Positions 29,101-41,330 of a stretch of 64,000 nucleotides of DNA are shown here, piece by piece. The translations under genes were made by a program, and so were the position numbers. This stretch comes from Tubiluchus corallicola (Eukaryota; Animalia; Priapulida). Under the pieces are notes generated by a model. It was not told where the DNA came from, did no database searches, and saw only the letters and a list, made by a program, of their open reading frames with translations. Each line of letters begins with the position of its first letter. The first letter of the stretch is position 1. The stretch is from positions 14,403-78,402 of the forward strand of contig JAQGDQ010000945.1 in NCBI GenBank assembly GCA_030141605.1. The letters are read 5' to 3'.

Positions 29101-30680
29101 GCAGCCATTAATATGTTTGAGCTTCGAAATTGATTCCAACTAGTTTTTTTAGTTTGCATTCGGTTCAAACCCAAAATTATAAATTCGAGTAATTCAGCAC
29201 TTCAACTGCATCAGCTCTTTATCATTAAAATGTTTTAAACGTCATATCATTAGCACTTCTGTGCTCAATTTTTAAACAAATTATTAGTGTTTTTACTGCA
29301 GAATGAAATCAAGTAATATGCATGATCTTTGTGAGAAACTTTTTATTAGTGATTCAAAAATTCGTTCAAAAATCTTTAAAATTGAATTCGAGTTCGATTC
29401 AGATTCAGAAATACTGAAATTTGGTTTGATTCAAGTCACATATTCGATTCAAATTGAATTCACTTACTGGTAGAGAATGTTCACCCCTATCCATTAACCA
29501 TTTTTCTTAAGCTACCAATTTCACTTTCAACCATTCATTAACTAATCACTGATCCATTTGGTCCAGTACTATGTGAAAAACTTGTCTCCCTATTTGAAAG
29601 ACTAATTGGTTCTCAATTTCTACAGAGAAGAGTCTATCAATGTTCAAACACCTTTTAAAGACAAAAATAATGTTAGACGAGAGAAGTCTGTGGATAAATC
29701 ACCCTTGCATCAACCTGAATCAGGCATTATAGTCAACACTGTTGTAAAAGGTAATTATTATATTTATTAGAATATATTTCACACAATGTAATTGGATAGG
29801 TGCCTACTAAGACCATAAATTTCAGGCTTGTATTTAGTTAATTGATGATAATTATTTGCCTTTTGAATGGCTGGAGCGTGAAGTATGAAAATCTATTACT
29901 ATTTTGTTTGTTGTAAAATGTTTTCCATACTTTTGTTTACAATATTATTAACAGCACATTTGCAGAAGTCATAATTTGATATATCATGTTTTTTTAGATA
30001 AACTTCCCACTAATAAGTTTGAGACGACAAGTGACACTGATTTCAAAGTGAAATTGGCTCAGAAAAAGAAGTAAGTATATCTTGCATTCTGATGTAAATA
30101 CTCTGTTTTTTTCAAGGTCTGATTATTTTTGAATAACAAAAAACCTCTGAATTGTATGTGCAATTTTTACTACAATTTTTGCCCATTAAATACGTTTTTA
30201 CATAATATTTGTAAAAATAAGTAACCATTGCTTACCTAAAAACAGCTTTTATTAATAAGATTGTATAATATATAATTATTTAAGACTGTTTTTATTTGTT
30301 CTGCAGTGATTTCAAGGAAAAACTAATCCTTGAACAACATTCATTATATTTTAACGCATACTTAGAAACTTTGAATTACCACGTAATATATGCACATAAA
30401 ATGCCTTGCTTAAAAAGGCAAACGAAAGTTTAAATCATTCTTATCTCCCACCAAACACCTTGCTGCGGGATATCTAAAAAAATGATGTAAGCTGGTGGAC
30501 AGCACGAAGCCATGCATAACAAAACTTCAGCAATTCATCCACAAATTCTGCTATTCTACCTGATGAATTCTTTGTTTTAATCACTGGATCAATTATCAAT
30601 GCCTATGCCTTTAAAGCTTCCCAAGGGACTTGGCTTTTCCTTTAAAAAAGTTAGTAATGTTCAAAGATCTTTTCAAGCAT

Positions 30681-30729
<49 letters not shown>

Positions 30730-32916
30730 GCAATAAATGCAATTCAAATTTAAAATTGTATAGCAAACAGCCAAAATTATGTAGCAAATAAAATTTTCAG
30801 TAGCATTAGAATGCATTTGATAAGGTTACATGTTTTTGTATCTTCTGTAGGAATGATGAACTTGCCAATTTGCCCTCAGTCAAACAACTGAAATCAAAAT
30901 TTACAGAGCAGGATCAGCCAGTGCTAAAGGTACCAGTATTTCTTGTTGTAGATAGTATAGATGTGTATTGTTTAATAAAATAACCATTGGTTAAGATTTC
31001 ATGTTTCCGTAGAATGCTAGTATTCAGTTTTAGTAGCAAATTAACCTGATTACCTATCAAACTTAAAAAGATTCTGGCATTTTTAAGAGTAAATAGATAA
31101 TAATCTTTTATTTTTCTACTAATGATAATAATTGTTTTTGTTTATGCAGTTGCACAGCATAACTGCGAGGGACCTATCTCGGGGCAACTTTGAGAGATTA
31201 AGGCACCAGCGTTCTCCCATGAGCCCTGATCATCCTGCTGACATTACTGTAAATACTAGCAATCTCCAACAGATGCAGGGCAATGATTTGATGTTTAGTG
31301 CCCCTAATCTCACTCACAGCACTCCGGTGAAGAAAGAATCATCTAAATCTTATAAATTTGTAAAGACAAATCGTTTCTATCAGGACGACAAAGACAAAAC
31401 CGTGAGTCAGCCGGACTTGTCGTCTGTTGGCTTGCATGTACCAAAAAATAAGGACTTTCATCTCACTGCTAATAATAGTTTTTATTATATGGCTAATGAT
31501 CTGTCTCCACCAGTAACAGTGCCTTACCGTAGTGGTCAAGTAAACCTAAACACTTCGAGTCCTATTCTTTATGGTAGCCCCACTGAACAAGTAAAATCAT
31601 CTTCAATCAATGTGCAAAATCAACCTTTTGTCTCTCCTAATCGTCCTAATGATGTTCCAGTAATGACATCATCGACACCGGGTCTGATGTCAACTAGTCC
31701 AAACCGACGCGAGGTAAAGAGGACGTTCAGTAGCAGCCGTAAAACTGAGACAAAAACAAGGTCAAATAAGCATGGTGATCCTTCACTTCCTGTGCACAGC
31801 ATGCCGGATTTGGTGCATGACTTTAGGGAGCCTAATGAACCAGGAAACTTATTGAATTCTCGAAAGAAATTTGACAGAGAAGATGACTTACCACACGCCA
31901 TACTCGATAAACCTACAACAAGCTTGAAAACGACTAAAACGGAAATACATCGCAGTCCTGATGGAAAGAGGAAAACAGAAAAAGTTACTAAAGTGACGCG
32001 GACGACGACGACTACGACAAAGACAGTGAAGAAGCTTCTGAATGACAAAGGAGAAGTTGTGGATGCTGATGAACCAGTAGCAGATAGAGCAAAGCAAACA
32101 CATGACACATCACCGAAAGAAAACGTCAAGAATAATGTTGAACCACCACCAGATTACAATATCAGGGAAGTTGCTCGCACTCCTTCACCGGATTACGAAA
32201 CTAAGAATCTCAAATCTCCTGATATCGATTATCCAGGGACGGAACATTTTTGGGACAGACAGGGCTCTACGAACTTGTATGCAGAACCTCAGTTTCGGCC
32301 AATTTCTCCTGAATATTTTGAGTCTATGGAAGAGTCTTCTCGATCCAAAGTTCACCGAAGTCAGTCAGCACGTGAGCCACGCCACGTGCGACCCGAAAAA
32401 ATGCGATTGCGAGAATCATATACACCTGCTGCTAATCACCCAAGAGTGAACCAGCTGAAAGCTGCCAGCTTTCAGGACGTTACACATTCCAAAAATCAAC
32501 ATCTCACTAGAAGTCATGGTGAAGAGGTTGACCGTAGCAGACCCAGGCCGGGGACAAATGAAATTTCCACCATCAAAGAAAACTACGAGATGGGAAATGA
32601 AAGCAGGCCTTTTGCACAAGGCAATCACATAGCAGCAAGCAACCCGAATGTGACTCGGAGTGATTACCAGAATACCCCCCTTCACACAAACTCGATATAT
32701 TCTAACCTATCTTCCAGTCAGCCGGATCTAAGCAATGTCCATTCCGTCAGACGTAGCCGAGAGGAACCTCTTCACTTGCAGCGAGTGAAGAAACGCAAGC
32801 AACCAAGCGCTGTACTTGCTAGAGCAAGCTTCTGGGATCAGAGAGTCGAACAGAAGAAAGTCTCCGATCAGGAAGCAGGCTTAGAGTACTATCCTCGAAT
32901 GGACCCAATAAATTAA
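4686..32916 (+). CDS. MYRIP: Rab27 effector MyRIP/melanophilin (Slac2)-like protein with two I-set Ig domains; 26 coding exons, ~1960 aa
   Basis: Exons, all GT-AG and phase-compatible: 4686-4795, 8868-9089, 9922-10040, 10786-10944, 12615-12698, 14834-14937, 15462-15542, 16059-16163, 16906-17040, 18041-18231, 18561-18740, 19845-20082, 20668-20770, 21047-21226, 21860-22030, 22724-22858, 23487-23590, 24877-24972, 25058-25131, 26008-26200, 26896-27129, 27574-28394, 29626-29750, 29998-30070, 30851-30929, 31150-32916 (sum 5883 nt). The N-terminus MGRKVNLAYLRPDECEKILSVVQKDLDLREKETQRLR...CMRCC..CVEC..VCKEC..WVCNVC...CDWFYFNVRQKFRHFGSSKVIRSLY matches the MyRIP/melanophilin Slp-homology domain. Confidence 0.88.
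8115..8500. repeat. (AT)n followed by degenerate pentamer (AATGC/AATGT)n
   Basis: (AT)n at 8115-8164, then aatgtaatgcaatgcaatgt-type units. Confidence 0.75.
8868..10040 (+). CDS. MYRIP: MyRIP-like exons 2-3 (8868-9089, 9922-10040): FYVE_2-type zinc finger and SHD2
   Basis: Four CxxC pairs (CMRC, CVEC, CKEC, CNVC), followed by CDWFY (equivalent of the SGxWFY Rab27-binding motif) and RQKFRHFGSSKV. Confidence 0.93.
13477..13660 (-). mobile_element. 3' end of a non-LTR element with a (TGTCTA)n tail
   Basis: On the minus strand AATAAA is followed directly by ~5 TGTCTA units (plus-strand (CATAGA)n at 13477-13508). Confidence 0.4.
17727..18023 (+). mobile_element. tRNA-derived SINE (MetaSINE-like core), copy 1, with (TTA)n tail
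   Basis: ggtcgtgagttcaatac box-B head and shared body (gtatttaaggtaaaagc...gccgattttgaataaagg) similar to the copies at 45134, 46731 and 50243. Confidence 0.7.
19315..19514. mobile_element. hAT-type MITE (200 bp)
   Basis: Termini CAGTGGCGGCTCGT...ACGAACCTCCACTG are imperfect TIRs; perfect 8-bp TSD GAAATAAC (19307-19314 and 19515-19522). Confidence 0.85.
20668..22858 (+). CDS. MYRIP: MyRIP-like exons 13-16: two tandem I-set immunoglobulin domains
   Basis: Ig1: PSFRLKPKDCIIKAGDPVRF..GTKPIDVFWYKD...YLEIYDTSIDDAGEYLCVAVNEVGECSTYFALSV. Ig2: PPIFKVKIRNQKVTEGGPAEFMCIVDGFPIPSLTFFRNG...WTLVI...KNKLGTAECSATLTV. Each domain is split by a phase-1 intron and is in frame with the upstream exons. Confidence 0.88.
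27574..28394 (+). CDS. MYRIP: MyRIP-like exon 22: Pro/Val/Ser/Lys-rich exon with ~11 copies of a 17-aa repeat
   Basis: Acceptor tttttag at 27573; donor GG|gtaaaa at 28395; repeat consensus PSDVTVSAPVSKKxEPx (51-bp unit). Confidence 0.88.
30685..30722. repeat. (AT)n microsatellite
   Basis: Seen directly; similar short tracts at ~2156-2173 and ~17490-17530. Confidence 0.95.
31150..32916 (+). CDS. MYRIP: MyRIP-like terminal exon 26 (588 aa, largely low-complexity/disordered)
   Basis: Acceptor tttatgcag at 31149, phase 0; long ORF LHSITARDLSRG...VLARASFWDQRVEQ...MDPIN*. Confidence 0.88.
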   Translation: MHSITARDLSRGNFERLRHQRSPMSPDHPADITVNTSNLQQMQGNDLMFSAPNLTHSTPVKKESSKSYKFVKTNRFYQDDKDKTVSQPDLSSVGLHVPKNKDFHLTANNSFYYMANDLSPPVTVPYRSGQVNLNTSSPILYGSPTEQVKSSSINVQNQPFVSPNRPNDVPVMTSSTPGLMSTSPNRREVKRTFSSSRKTETKTRSNKHGDPSLPVHSMPDLVHDFREPNEPGNLLNSRKKFDREDDLPHAILDKPTTSLKTTKTEIHRSPDGKRKTEKVTKVTRTTTTTTKTVKKLLNDKGEVVDADEPVADRAKQTHDTSPKENVKNNVEPPPDYNIREVARTPSPDYETKNLKSPDIDYPGTEHFWDRQGSTNLYAEPQFRPISPEYFESMEESSRSKVHRSQSAREPRHVRPEKMRLRESYTPAANHPRVNQLKAASFQDVTHSKNQHLTRSHGEEVDRSRPRPGTNEISTIKENYEMGNESRPFAQGNHIAASNPNVTRSDYQNTPLHTNSIYSNLSSSQPDLSNVHSVRRSREEPLHLQRVKKRKQPSAVLARASFWDQRVEQKKVSDQEAGLEYYPRMDPIN

Positions 32917-33510
32917 GAAGTCATTACATTGTTCCTGTAATGTTTTAAAGGAAGCTTCTTGGTAATGTGTTTCTTTTGGCTGGCTAATTGGCTGTTTTCC
33001 AGAAAAGGAAATTGGATAAAAGAAAAAAAAGAGACAGTGTAAAATAGCTTTTTAAATGCCTGGTGGCTTGTCGTTTATTCCAAGGGAAGAATTGTAAAAA
33101 ATATAGCATATTAATGCTAAAAATAGACATTTTCTATGGTAATACGTTCCTTTGTAATGATGTTTGCATTGATTTAACATGTGTTCTAATGAAATTGATG
33201 TAATAATTGTAAATTATTTAATCTTGAAATTAATATTGTTTTCTTCTGTTTAATGTAAAACTACTGGTCTATAGTTATTAATTATGTGGTGCTAATATAT
33301 AAATTAATTTTTCTGCAAGTAATATTAAAGTTTGTTTGGAGTACCGCAAGTCTGAATACAACCTAAATACACTATAATTTGTCAAATACACTTGTATTTA
33401 CTTGTACGTGTTAATTGTGTTAATTCTACTGGTATATGTCTGCATTAACAGCCGCATGTCTATGTCTGAAAGTCCAGCATGTTTTATCATTTTTGGTCAT
33501 TTGTATATCA

Positions 33511-33516
33511 AATAAA
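33511..33516 (+). terminator. candidate polyadenylation signal for the MyRIP-like gene
   Basis: AATAAA ~600 nt after the stop, followed by a T-rich tract (tgttttttc). Confidence 0.4.
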
Positions 33517-36500
33517 AAATTCTGATCTAGTGTTTTTTCACTTAAGTGAAACCCTAACGTTTTGGATATTCAGGTCCATTTTTTTGTAAAAAAATTGTAC
33601 TGGTCAATGTAATTTTAGAACATGATCTGATTAGGTAGACCTTTTATATTTTGGCATTTTCCCAAAAAAACGTGACTAGCATCTGCCCAATTTTTGCCAA
33701 GTTTTGACAAACCATGCATCATGAAGGTTTTGAAAGAAGTTCTTTAGCTCTCTGAAAGAGGAGGAAATAGGTGACAATGCACTCACTGTTGGTTGTTTTT
33801 AAAAAGAGCTCACCTGTGTAAATTAGAACAATGCAGTTTTAAATTCCAGTTTGAGGATTTTTCTTTAGGAGAACTTATAAGATGCATGGCCATAGTCATC
33901 ACGCCATCATTGACAATGCCCAATGATCATAGCCCTTTATATTTTGCTATTTTATTTAAATTTGTATGACTACAACAGTGTACAAGTACACTCATCTTAG
34001 TTTGGTACACCTTGCATTATATGTAAAATGCATTCTATTATAGTTATGTATATTTTATTAATAGTTTAAGCAATTCTTGTGTGAGTAATTGTTTAATAAT
34101 GTTACTAAGTACTAATGATGACAGTAAGTCTGATAAGGTGGTTGTGTCAGTACATATTAATATTATTATTGTAACCTTTTTATGTTTACCTTTTTACATC
34201 TTTTATTTCTTGGTTGTTTTATTCCTCCATTAACGTTTGAGCATAGTTTTATAAAGCGCATATTTGTTTATAGTGGTTATTAACCTACTATTTTGTTACT
34301 GTGTGTAGCCGTTGTTATTGTTACATGCCTATTTTCACTAGTTTCTCTCATTTTAGCATAATAGTTTTTAATTTTGCTATTCAGTGCATAATATTCAAGA
34401 GAATCATGCGTTGTGTAAACGAGTAAAAGTGTTTTTGCATAGTTTTTACATTTATACATGCACTGTGTGTAGGCTTATACACACAATAATTAGGGTAAAG
34501 TGGGGAATATGAACTCCTTAAGCAAAAATTGGGTTTTGATCTACTCTCATTAGGCTTCAACCCTTGCAAGAGTGTTGTGCAGATGGCTGGGGCTGCCAGT
34601 TTATTATGTATTTCAACATTTATCGACTAATTATACAAATATTTGTAAGAGATCGAATTCAAAATTAACCAATCAATCAAATTACCTCAATCAGTCTTTT
34701 TTTGTATTTCGGCAATTTTGAAACTGTCACAAGTAGGATATCCTAATAACAACGGGCGGCTCGTGCGTCATGAAACTAAAGATTTGTTCTAGATGTTCTG
34801 TGAATCTCTTTTGATTACGGTTTTTGCATGAAACTAGCACGTTTTTTTTAAAACTGGTGATGCATGATACATACCTTGACCTTGTCACATTTCATTCAAT
34901 ACTTTCTTCTTGGACAAAAATGTCAGTTCACTCTCTGATTTACTGTTCCATTGTGCCATGTTTTGCTTCCGCGCATATGTGTAGGTGATATCTTTTGCCG
35001 TAGCCTGCTGTCGACTTTTATGGGCTATGAAAGTGTAATGCTTGAAGTTGGTAAAATTAAATGTCTTTTAAGCTGGGAAAATTTAACACACCTGAGAACC
35101 TTGACTTTTACGCGGAAATTCATCGTCTGTAATTCGGTTGCTCTATTAAGCTAGACTTAGTTATAATTGATTGATTTTACAGTCTAAAAATTAAAGTTTA
35201 TGATGCACCAAAGCGTTCAGTGTCTGGAAGTGAGAATTGAAGAAAACGAATGTTGTCAGTGGTTCATGAAACCAAAGATTTTGTCGGGCCAAGCTGGGTG
35301 TTCCTGTTTTTTAAGCGTCTAGCGTGCAGCGTCTGTTCCTCAACCAGCTATTCCTCTGGGAATTATTATACGAATAAATAACATAAAAAAGAGAAAGCAC
35401 TGCAGAAATTTGATGTCACCCATTTTGTTTTTTCTAAGAAGAACAGACGCATTGATGTTGACATACCACTCAGTGAGCACTAGATGCTGGAGAACCTGGT
35501 GCATTAAAAGCAATGAATTGGCCCTTGACCTAATAATTTGGGGTTATCAGATGACCATCAAAGTAGACTGTTCCACAATTGCATGGTTATAACAGCAACA
35601 GTGCAGTATTTACTTTGAGTTTGCTTATAATCAGCAAAAGTAACAATATCAAAAGCAAATATAAAAGTATGTTACTATTTACATTACATAATTATGAATA
35701 AATTTTGATATTTACAGTGGTGTTTTGTTTTCGTTAAATTAAGATTTCCGAATGATAGAAATCGTAGAACCTTGTATATGTTATGATAATTATATAATAT
35801 GCCACGTAAACTATCATTACAGATGGAGAACAGAAGCATCGAGTATAAAAGATGGCATTGGCAGCCGTGAGATTCAAAGTTTCAAATGTGAGCTTAATTC
35901 AGAGTACATACTATAGCATGTTTTTAGGTTGGTACACAATGACACAAAAGCAGAAGCTCAGTAGGCCTAACGTGGCGTTAACCTGGCATTATCTACCCGC
36001 AGAATAGCTGCGAAATAAAAATCAATAGGAAATATCTGCAGAAAAAATAACGCATAATTAATTAATGTCTGATTAACGAGTGCATTGAAAACAATATAAA
36101 CCAATTTTGTCTATTCCGCATCCCATAACGCATACGCATTCCGGATATCAGGTAAACGCCACTCAAGACACGTCGTTGCCCCACCACTAACACTACCGCC
36201 CACAACAAGAATAGCAAATTATTCGGACCCTCATAAATGTTTGATTTCTCTCCCTCTTCAGCAGGCAATAATTTGTCTAAATCAGATCCCAATAGATAAA
36301 TCACGAAAATTTGCCGCGTGTTGATTCCTTTTAGAGCCATAAGTAATCAGGTTAATTACTAATTACTTTGCATACACGCTTAATTAACAAGATTCCATGT
36401 AAGTTTTATGACCCTGTGATTCTGAGAGCTCTGTTTTATTAATGTTCGGCAACGCGAAGGATTGCATGATGATAGTAACAGTTCATGAGAAATTACGGCA

Positions 36501-37165
36501 GTGGTACCAAAGTGAATCAATGGCGGATATATTCGCCCGCAATTGGTTTGTTTTAGTTCGCGTAACGGGAAGGATATCTTTTCATTTTGAAAATTCTCTG
36601 GAATATTTAGCATCTAATGTTACCTGGAAAATATGGGCACAAAAAGGATGGTAAATGACAATGTGACTACCTTAAGGTGATTACTTTTCATGTGTTATTT
36701 CTAGTGCTTCGACTAACGAAGTTATTATTAAAATAGAATCCGTAGAAGAAGGCATTATAAACAGTGCGCTAACTAAGCTTATGCAAAAAAGAATGAATAT
36801 TGAAAGGCTATGAAAAAGTGAAACACTGTGGTTGTATATATAACACGTATTGCGAAACGAATTCTGTCTGGATGGAAGATGACGTAAACATCGAAGTATT
36901 GTCATTAACACAGATTGACAAGTGATACGTATATGGTTTGTCTGCAAATAGTTGACTATTATGAAACGTACTACTTTTTCCATTTTCAGGCTATGGCATA
37001 TGCAGGAAAAATCGTAAAGAGCTTCAAGAGGAACAAGTCACACTAGGATGCCGTTTTTGTATCTAACACGTAAAGTTCTAAGTCTAAGCACAAGTCCTGA
37101 ATAGTTCCTCATTACACGTAACAAAAAAAATTCAGGCGAGTTTTAACTGCACCTATAAGGTGATT

Positions 37166-40100
37166 ATGCAGTCAACAACGGGTCACAACGGCAAACTTAT
37201 TGATTTCTTCATTGTTGTTACTGTTTTGTCATTAACATGTTTTATTTTTATGTACGGTTTCACGGAAAATGATGTTTTCATTAAGGCTTCATCACAGTTA
37301 AAACATTCGGGGAAAAAACCGCGTGTGACATTATTCATAGCAGTAGCAAGTGCTTACAGAGATAGATTACATAGGAGAAACATCTTAAGAAGCACGTGGC
37401 TGAACGTCTCTAAAGCCCAAGATGTCAGTTACATGTTCTTTACGGATCACATCAACAACAAAGGCGAAGAAATTAATGAGTTCTACACTCGCGAACTAAA
37501 AGAAGAACAGTCTCTCTACGGAGATCTGGTGTTTACAGATGTGCCATCAGGTCTGAACAATGCCCGGAGATTATTATGGATTATGGATTGGGCTCTAATG
37601 CGATATGATTTTTCTTACTTTTTAAAGGCCGACGATGATGTATTCATTTGTATGGAGAGACTTCTGTCTGAGCTTCCATTCAGACCTAAGCAACTTCTTT
37701 ATTGGGGTTTTGCAAACTGCCGACGAAGGACAGGTAACTAATTCAAGAATAGCATGTAATTCTCCAAAGCACACATTGTTTATGACTTTTTGGTTAGATA
37801 GTTCAGCGCAGTTGTAAGACACCATGCGTAGGTGATTAATTTTTGTTATTATTCGCCATGATTAATTACGTACACTTAGAGTAGGCGAGCCGTCAATAGT
37901 GTTGTTTTCCTGGTTACTTCTTCTCGAGAGTCGGTTACTGCTAATTCTTTCAGGCCAGAAATCCGACTCATATGCAAAGTCGAGTCGGTCGAGCGGCACA
38001 GTTATATGGTAGGTCTTCTTACTGTTCTGAATTCTTTCAATGGACGCATCACACGCACATTCTGCATTTCAATGTCAGTTTTAATATCCTATTCAGCGTA
38101 GTTTTCATGGGCGGATTTAGGTTTCTCGGTAATATTTATACGAGGTTTGATCGATGGCTTCATAGAGTTGATCACATTTTTATCAGTAGCAGCAGCAGAA
38201 TGTTTATTATCCTCAGTCATACTTGCTGATGGAGGGAAACTGTAACCGTCGCACTGTAAGTGAGGAATGTGCGCATTGAATAATTCTCCACTCTTGCAGT
38301 TTGACCTTGAGCTGACCTTTTCATGCTAGCTATACCAGTTGCAATTGTAACGCTGTTTTTCATGCAGTTTTGTACAAACATTTCGATTTTATTCAATCGA
38401 TCTAATATAGAAATTTACTCCAGGTGAGACTGCTGGCACTCTGTCAAAGTCAGTTGCGAAAAATAGTAGCATACGCTATTCCTGATCAGCTTTCTGCAAT
38501 GCGGTAAACACGTCCCCGACATTTAGCCTTTTTTGCGGATTTTAGGAAAGTCCCCTTTCTGGTGATTGTTGTGCGCGATGATATTGCATTTATGTTGTAG
38601 TTGTAGCTACATTTATGTTGTCATCTTTGTAAAAGTTGCAGACAGTGGTTTTAGTGTCCTCGATTGTGTATTTATTCGTGTAATGAATGCTGCAGGACAT
38701 AATGCACAGGGTTACCACTGGTTTCATCCTCGTCGTCTGACATGTTTCATCAATGGCTCTACACAATAGCCATTCAATCACCTGGCATCCTCGTTGATTA
38801 CCTGCAGTGAATTATCTGCACCAGTACTCTACATGGATACAGATTATAATCGTAATGGTTTTTTCTATTTCTTAAATTTAGGTCACACATTTGAATGATA
38901 AACGTGCAGTGTCACTAGGCCTTGCTTCAAAATGCTTACACTCATACAAGTTGTATTTATCAACTCACGTTTAAGTTCTACATTTTTAGTAAATCAACTG
39001 AAAGAAAAACAATAGTACGTTAATCGCCATGTTTTCTCACTGTCTGAGCATATTTTTCTGTCAGCTGATATCACATTAATGCAATCACCAATGTTTACTA
39101 ATGAATTGATTTTGACTTTAAAGCTCTGTTAGCAAGTATTTTGCTTGATCTTGACCTTGAATGATCTTGAAACATTATTTTCTGATAGACCATATGCATT
39201 TATATCAGCCGGTAACACGTTTATGCCATTTTAAATGTAACCTAGTTGAGTTGTTTTGAGCAGCGTTTGGTGGCCACTTTGAATGTAAAGCCTTATAACT
39301 TTTTCCTCAAAAATGAATTCCAGGGAATTTTGAATATGTTTTTTGGACTACTTTCTGGGGATTTTGAATACGTTCTTCTGGACGCTTTCTGGATGTCTGT
39401 GCAAAAATTCAGCTTCACATTATTTTTGTCCAGGTCATATGTTTTTTTTTTGGGGGGGGGGGAGAGTAATTTGACTGTACTATAAGTAAAGGTCACATCT
39501 GCTAGGCATAGTTCGCAGGAAATGGTGCGACTAATTCTTTATTTATTTGATAGCCATTCATTTGTTTTAGCCAAAACAAAATAACAAAAAAGATACGGCA
39601 CTATAAACTGACCAGGGAGGCCTTTACAAGGTGAGAAGACCACCGCATGACGTACAAGCCGCCCAAAGTAAAGTGCAGAGTTACATGGTGAATATAGATA
39701 ATAATGAAATGTGACCATAGCACTCTTTTACATGCATTATCACAAAAAGAAAAAACATGTCACTCCAATAGTCATGTCTGTTGCATAACTAACCGAAAAG
39801 AAAATCACAGTCACATTTATAATGTTTTAAAAGTATAGTTCACTCACACAACAATTGGTAATATTACAAGAGAAAGAATATGTGTACAAAAAGAAATTTT
39901 TAATGTATTTTTTAATCCTTGATAAGAATGGGTGAAAACATTATCAATAATTAACTGCGGAGTATTGGACACTAGTGCGTAAATAATATAATCATTTGAG
40001 TTTTCTTTCGGCGAAAACATGTACATGTTCATAAACATGTCGACGTACTGTATTATCTTTATAATGAATATTATACGAGTGAAAACCTGAACCGCTAAAA

Positions 40101-41330
40101 ACAGGTATAGCGTAAAAATAGACGGACAGTAAATAATTATATAAATCAGAATAAAAATTTTAATTGTCTCATATTTACAGTATGCTGCTGTTTAAGTATA
40201 GACATAGGTTTTTAGAAATGGTTCAGCATGCAGGCCAAAGCCTCACGCCAAAGCTGCTCGTTGCTTCGCAACAGGCGCTATATGCAGAGTATGGCCTTTT
40301 TCTGTAATTTAGTTAACCGATTATCATCCCAGTTATCACTCTATCCCTAATTCAATAAATGATAGTTTATTTTTGATATTATTTAAATTAGGATACAAAA
40401 TATTAAACAAGCTCATTTACGGGTAGCGTGCGTTTATACCTGTTCGCTATTCCTTTAACTCGAAAATTTGACGGGCAAAAGCATTAATCCAAGTGAGCTG
40501 CTCATTTAGAAGAAGTCTAAGAAATGAAAATGTTTTTACTTGTTCCAGCGCAATACATTCAATAGACAAATTCAATGATAATTCGGGGTGAAAACCATAA
40601 ATCTGCTCAGCCACATTTAGAGACAATAAGTTCAACATTTCACTTGAGTTGAGATAATTTCTGAATTGCTATCAAATTGATCCAAATCAGGTAATAAAGA
40701 TATCATCTGCAAACGTGAGCGTGTTAAAAGTAGAAATAGTCCAGTGTAAATCATTAAAATATATGATGAACACACCAACAACTTTTTGTACTGAGGTCCG
40801 TTTGTGACTTTCTAGAGCATATTCTCATTACTTTTGCAGGTGGTACTTTCATAGACGAACATTTTTTGTTACTGAGCGTAGATCTTGTGAAGGTTTTATT
40901 AGCCCAACATCAGAGAAACGAATTACAGTGCACGGATTACGCCGGGTTTTCCTTGGGGTCGTGGCTAAGTTCCTGGGAACGAAAGACGCACAAGAAAATT
41001 AATTTTTTTGCTGACAACTCTCGCCATTACTCGAACACTAAAACACATTTTTCCATAAGTGGTAGGAATATACAAACATATGCTGATCTGTGTGCTAAAT
41101 ACGTAAGTGTTCATCGATGGTCTTTGAAAGAAGAGATAGGTCTAATATGGAGTACTAGAAGGAATACGGCGCATAGTTATGCTGTGCCTCGGTTAAGTGA
41201 AAAAGTGTGCAGTTGGAAAAAGAGAGGTAACTTTATCCTTGATCGAGAACAGCAGCGACAACCCTGTCAAACTGCTGTCTTTGAAAGTAAATCAGACATA
41301 TGGTTAGGATGGAATCCCGTCTGGACATAA
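37166..41330 (+). CDS. GT31-family (beta-1,3-galactosyltransferase-like) type II membrane glycosyltransferase; 2 exons (37166-37733, 40840-41330), 352 aa
   Basis: N-terminal TM helix (FFIVVTVLSLTCFIFMYGF); LFIAVAS..RRNILRSTW; ELKEEQSLYGDLVF; FSYFLKADDDVFI (DxD); LYWG. Phase-1 intron CAG|gtaac...cttttgcag|GT joins in frame to the 40866-41330 ORF (GTFIDEHFLLLSVDLV...YVSVH). Confidence 0.88.
40440..40780 (-). mobile_element. decayed non-LTR retrotransposon (L2/CR1-group) RT fragment in the GT31 intron
   Basis: Reverse translation VFIIYFNDLH...TLTFADDIF (RT YADD-type motif) and IALEQVKTFSFLRLLLNEQLTW. Confidence 0.7.

Noticed and set aside
27632-32685. Antisense and alternative-frame ORFs over exons 22 and 26
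   Set aside because: Shadow ORFs of repetitive, GC-richer coding sequence.
36062-36983. Short ORFs between the MyRIP-like and GT31 genes
   Set aside because: No homology cues or consistent splice structure; likely intergenic or 5' UTR sequence.
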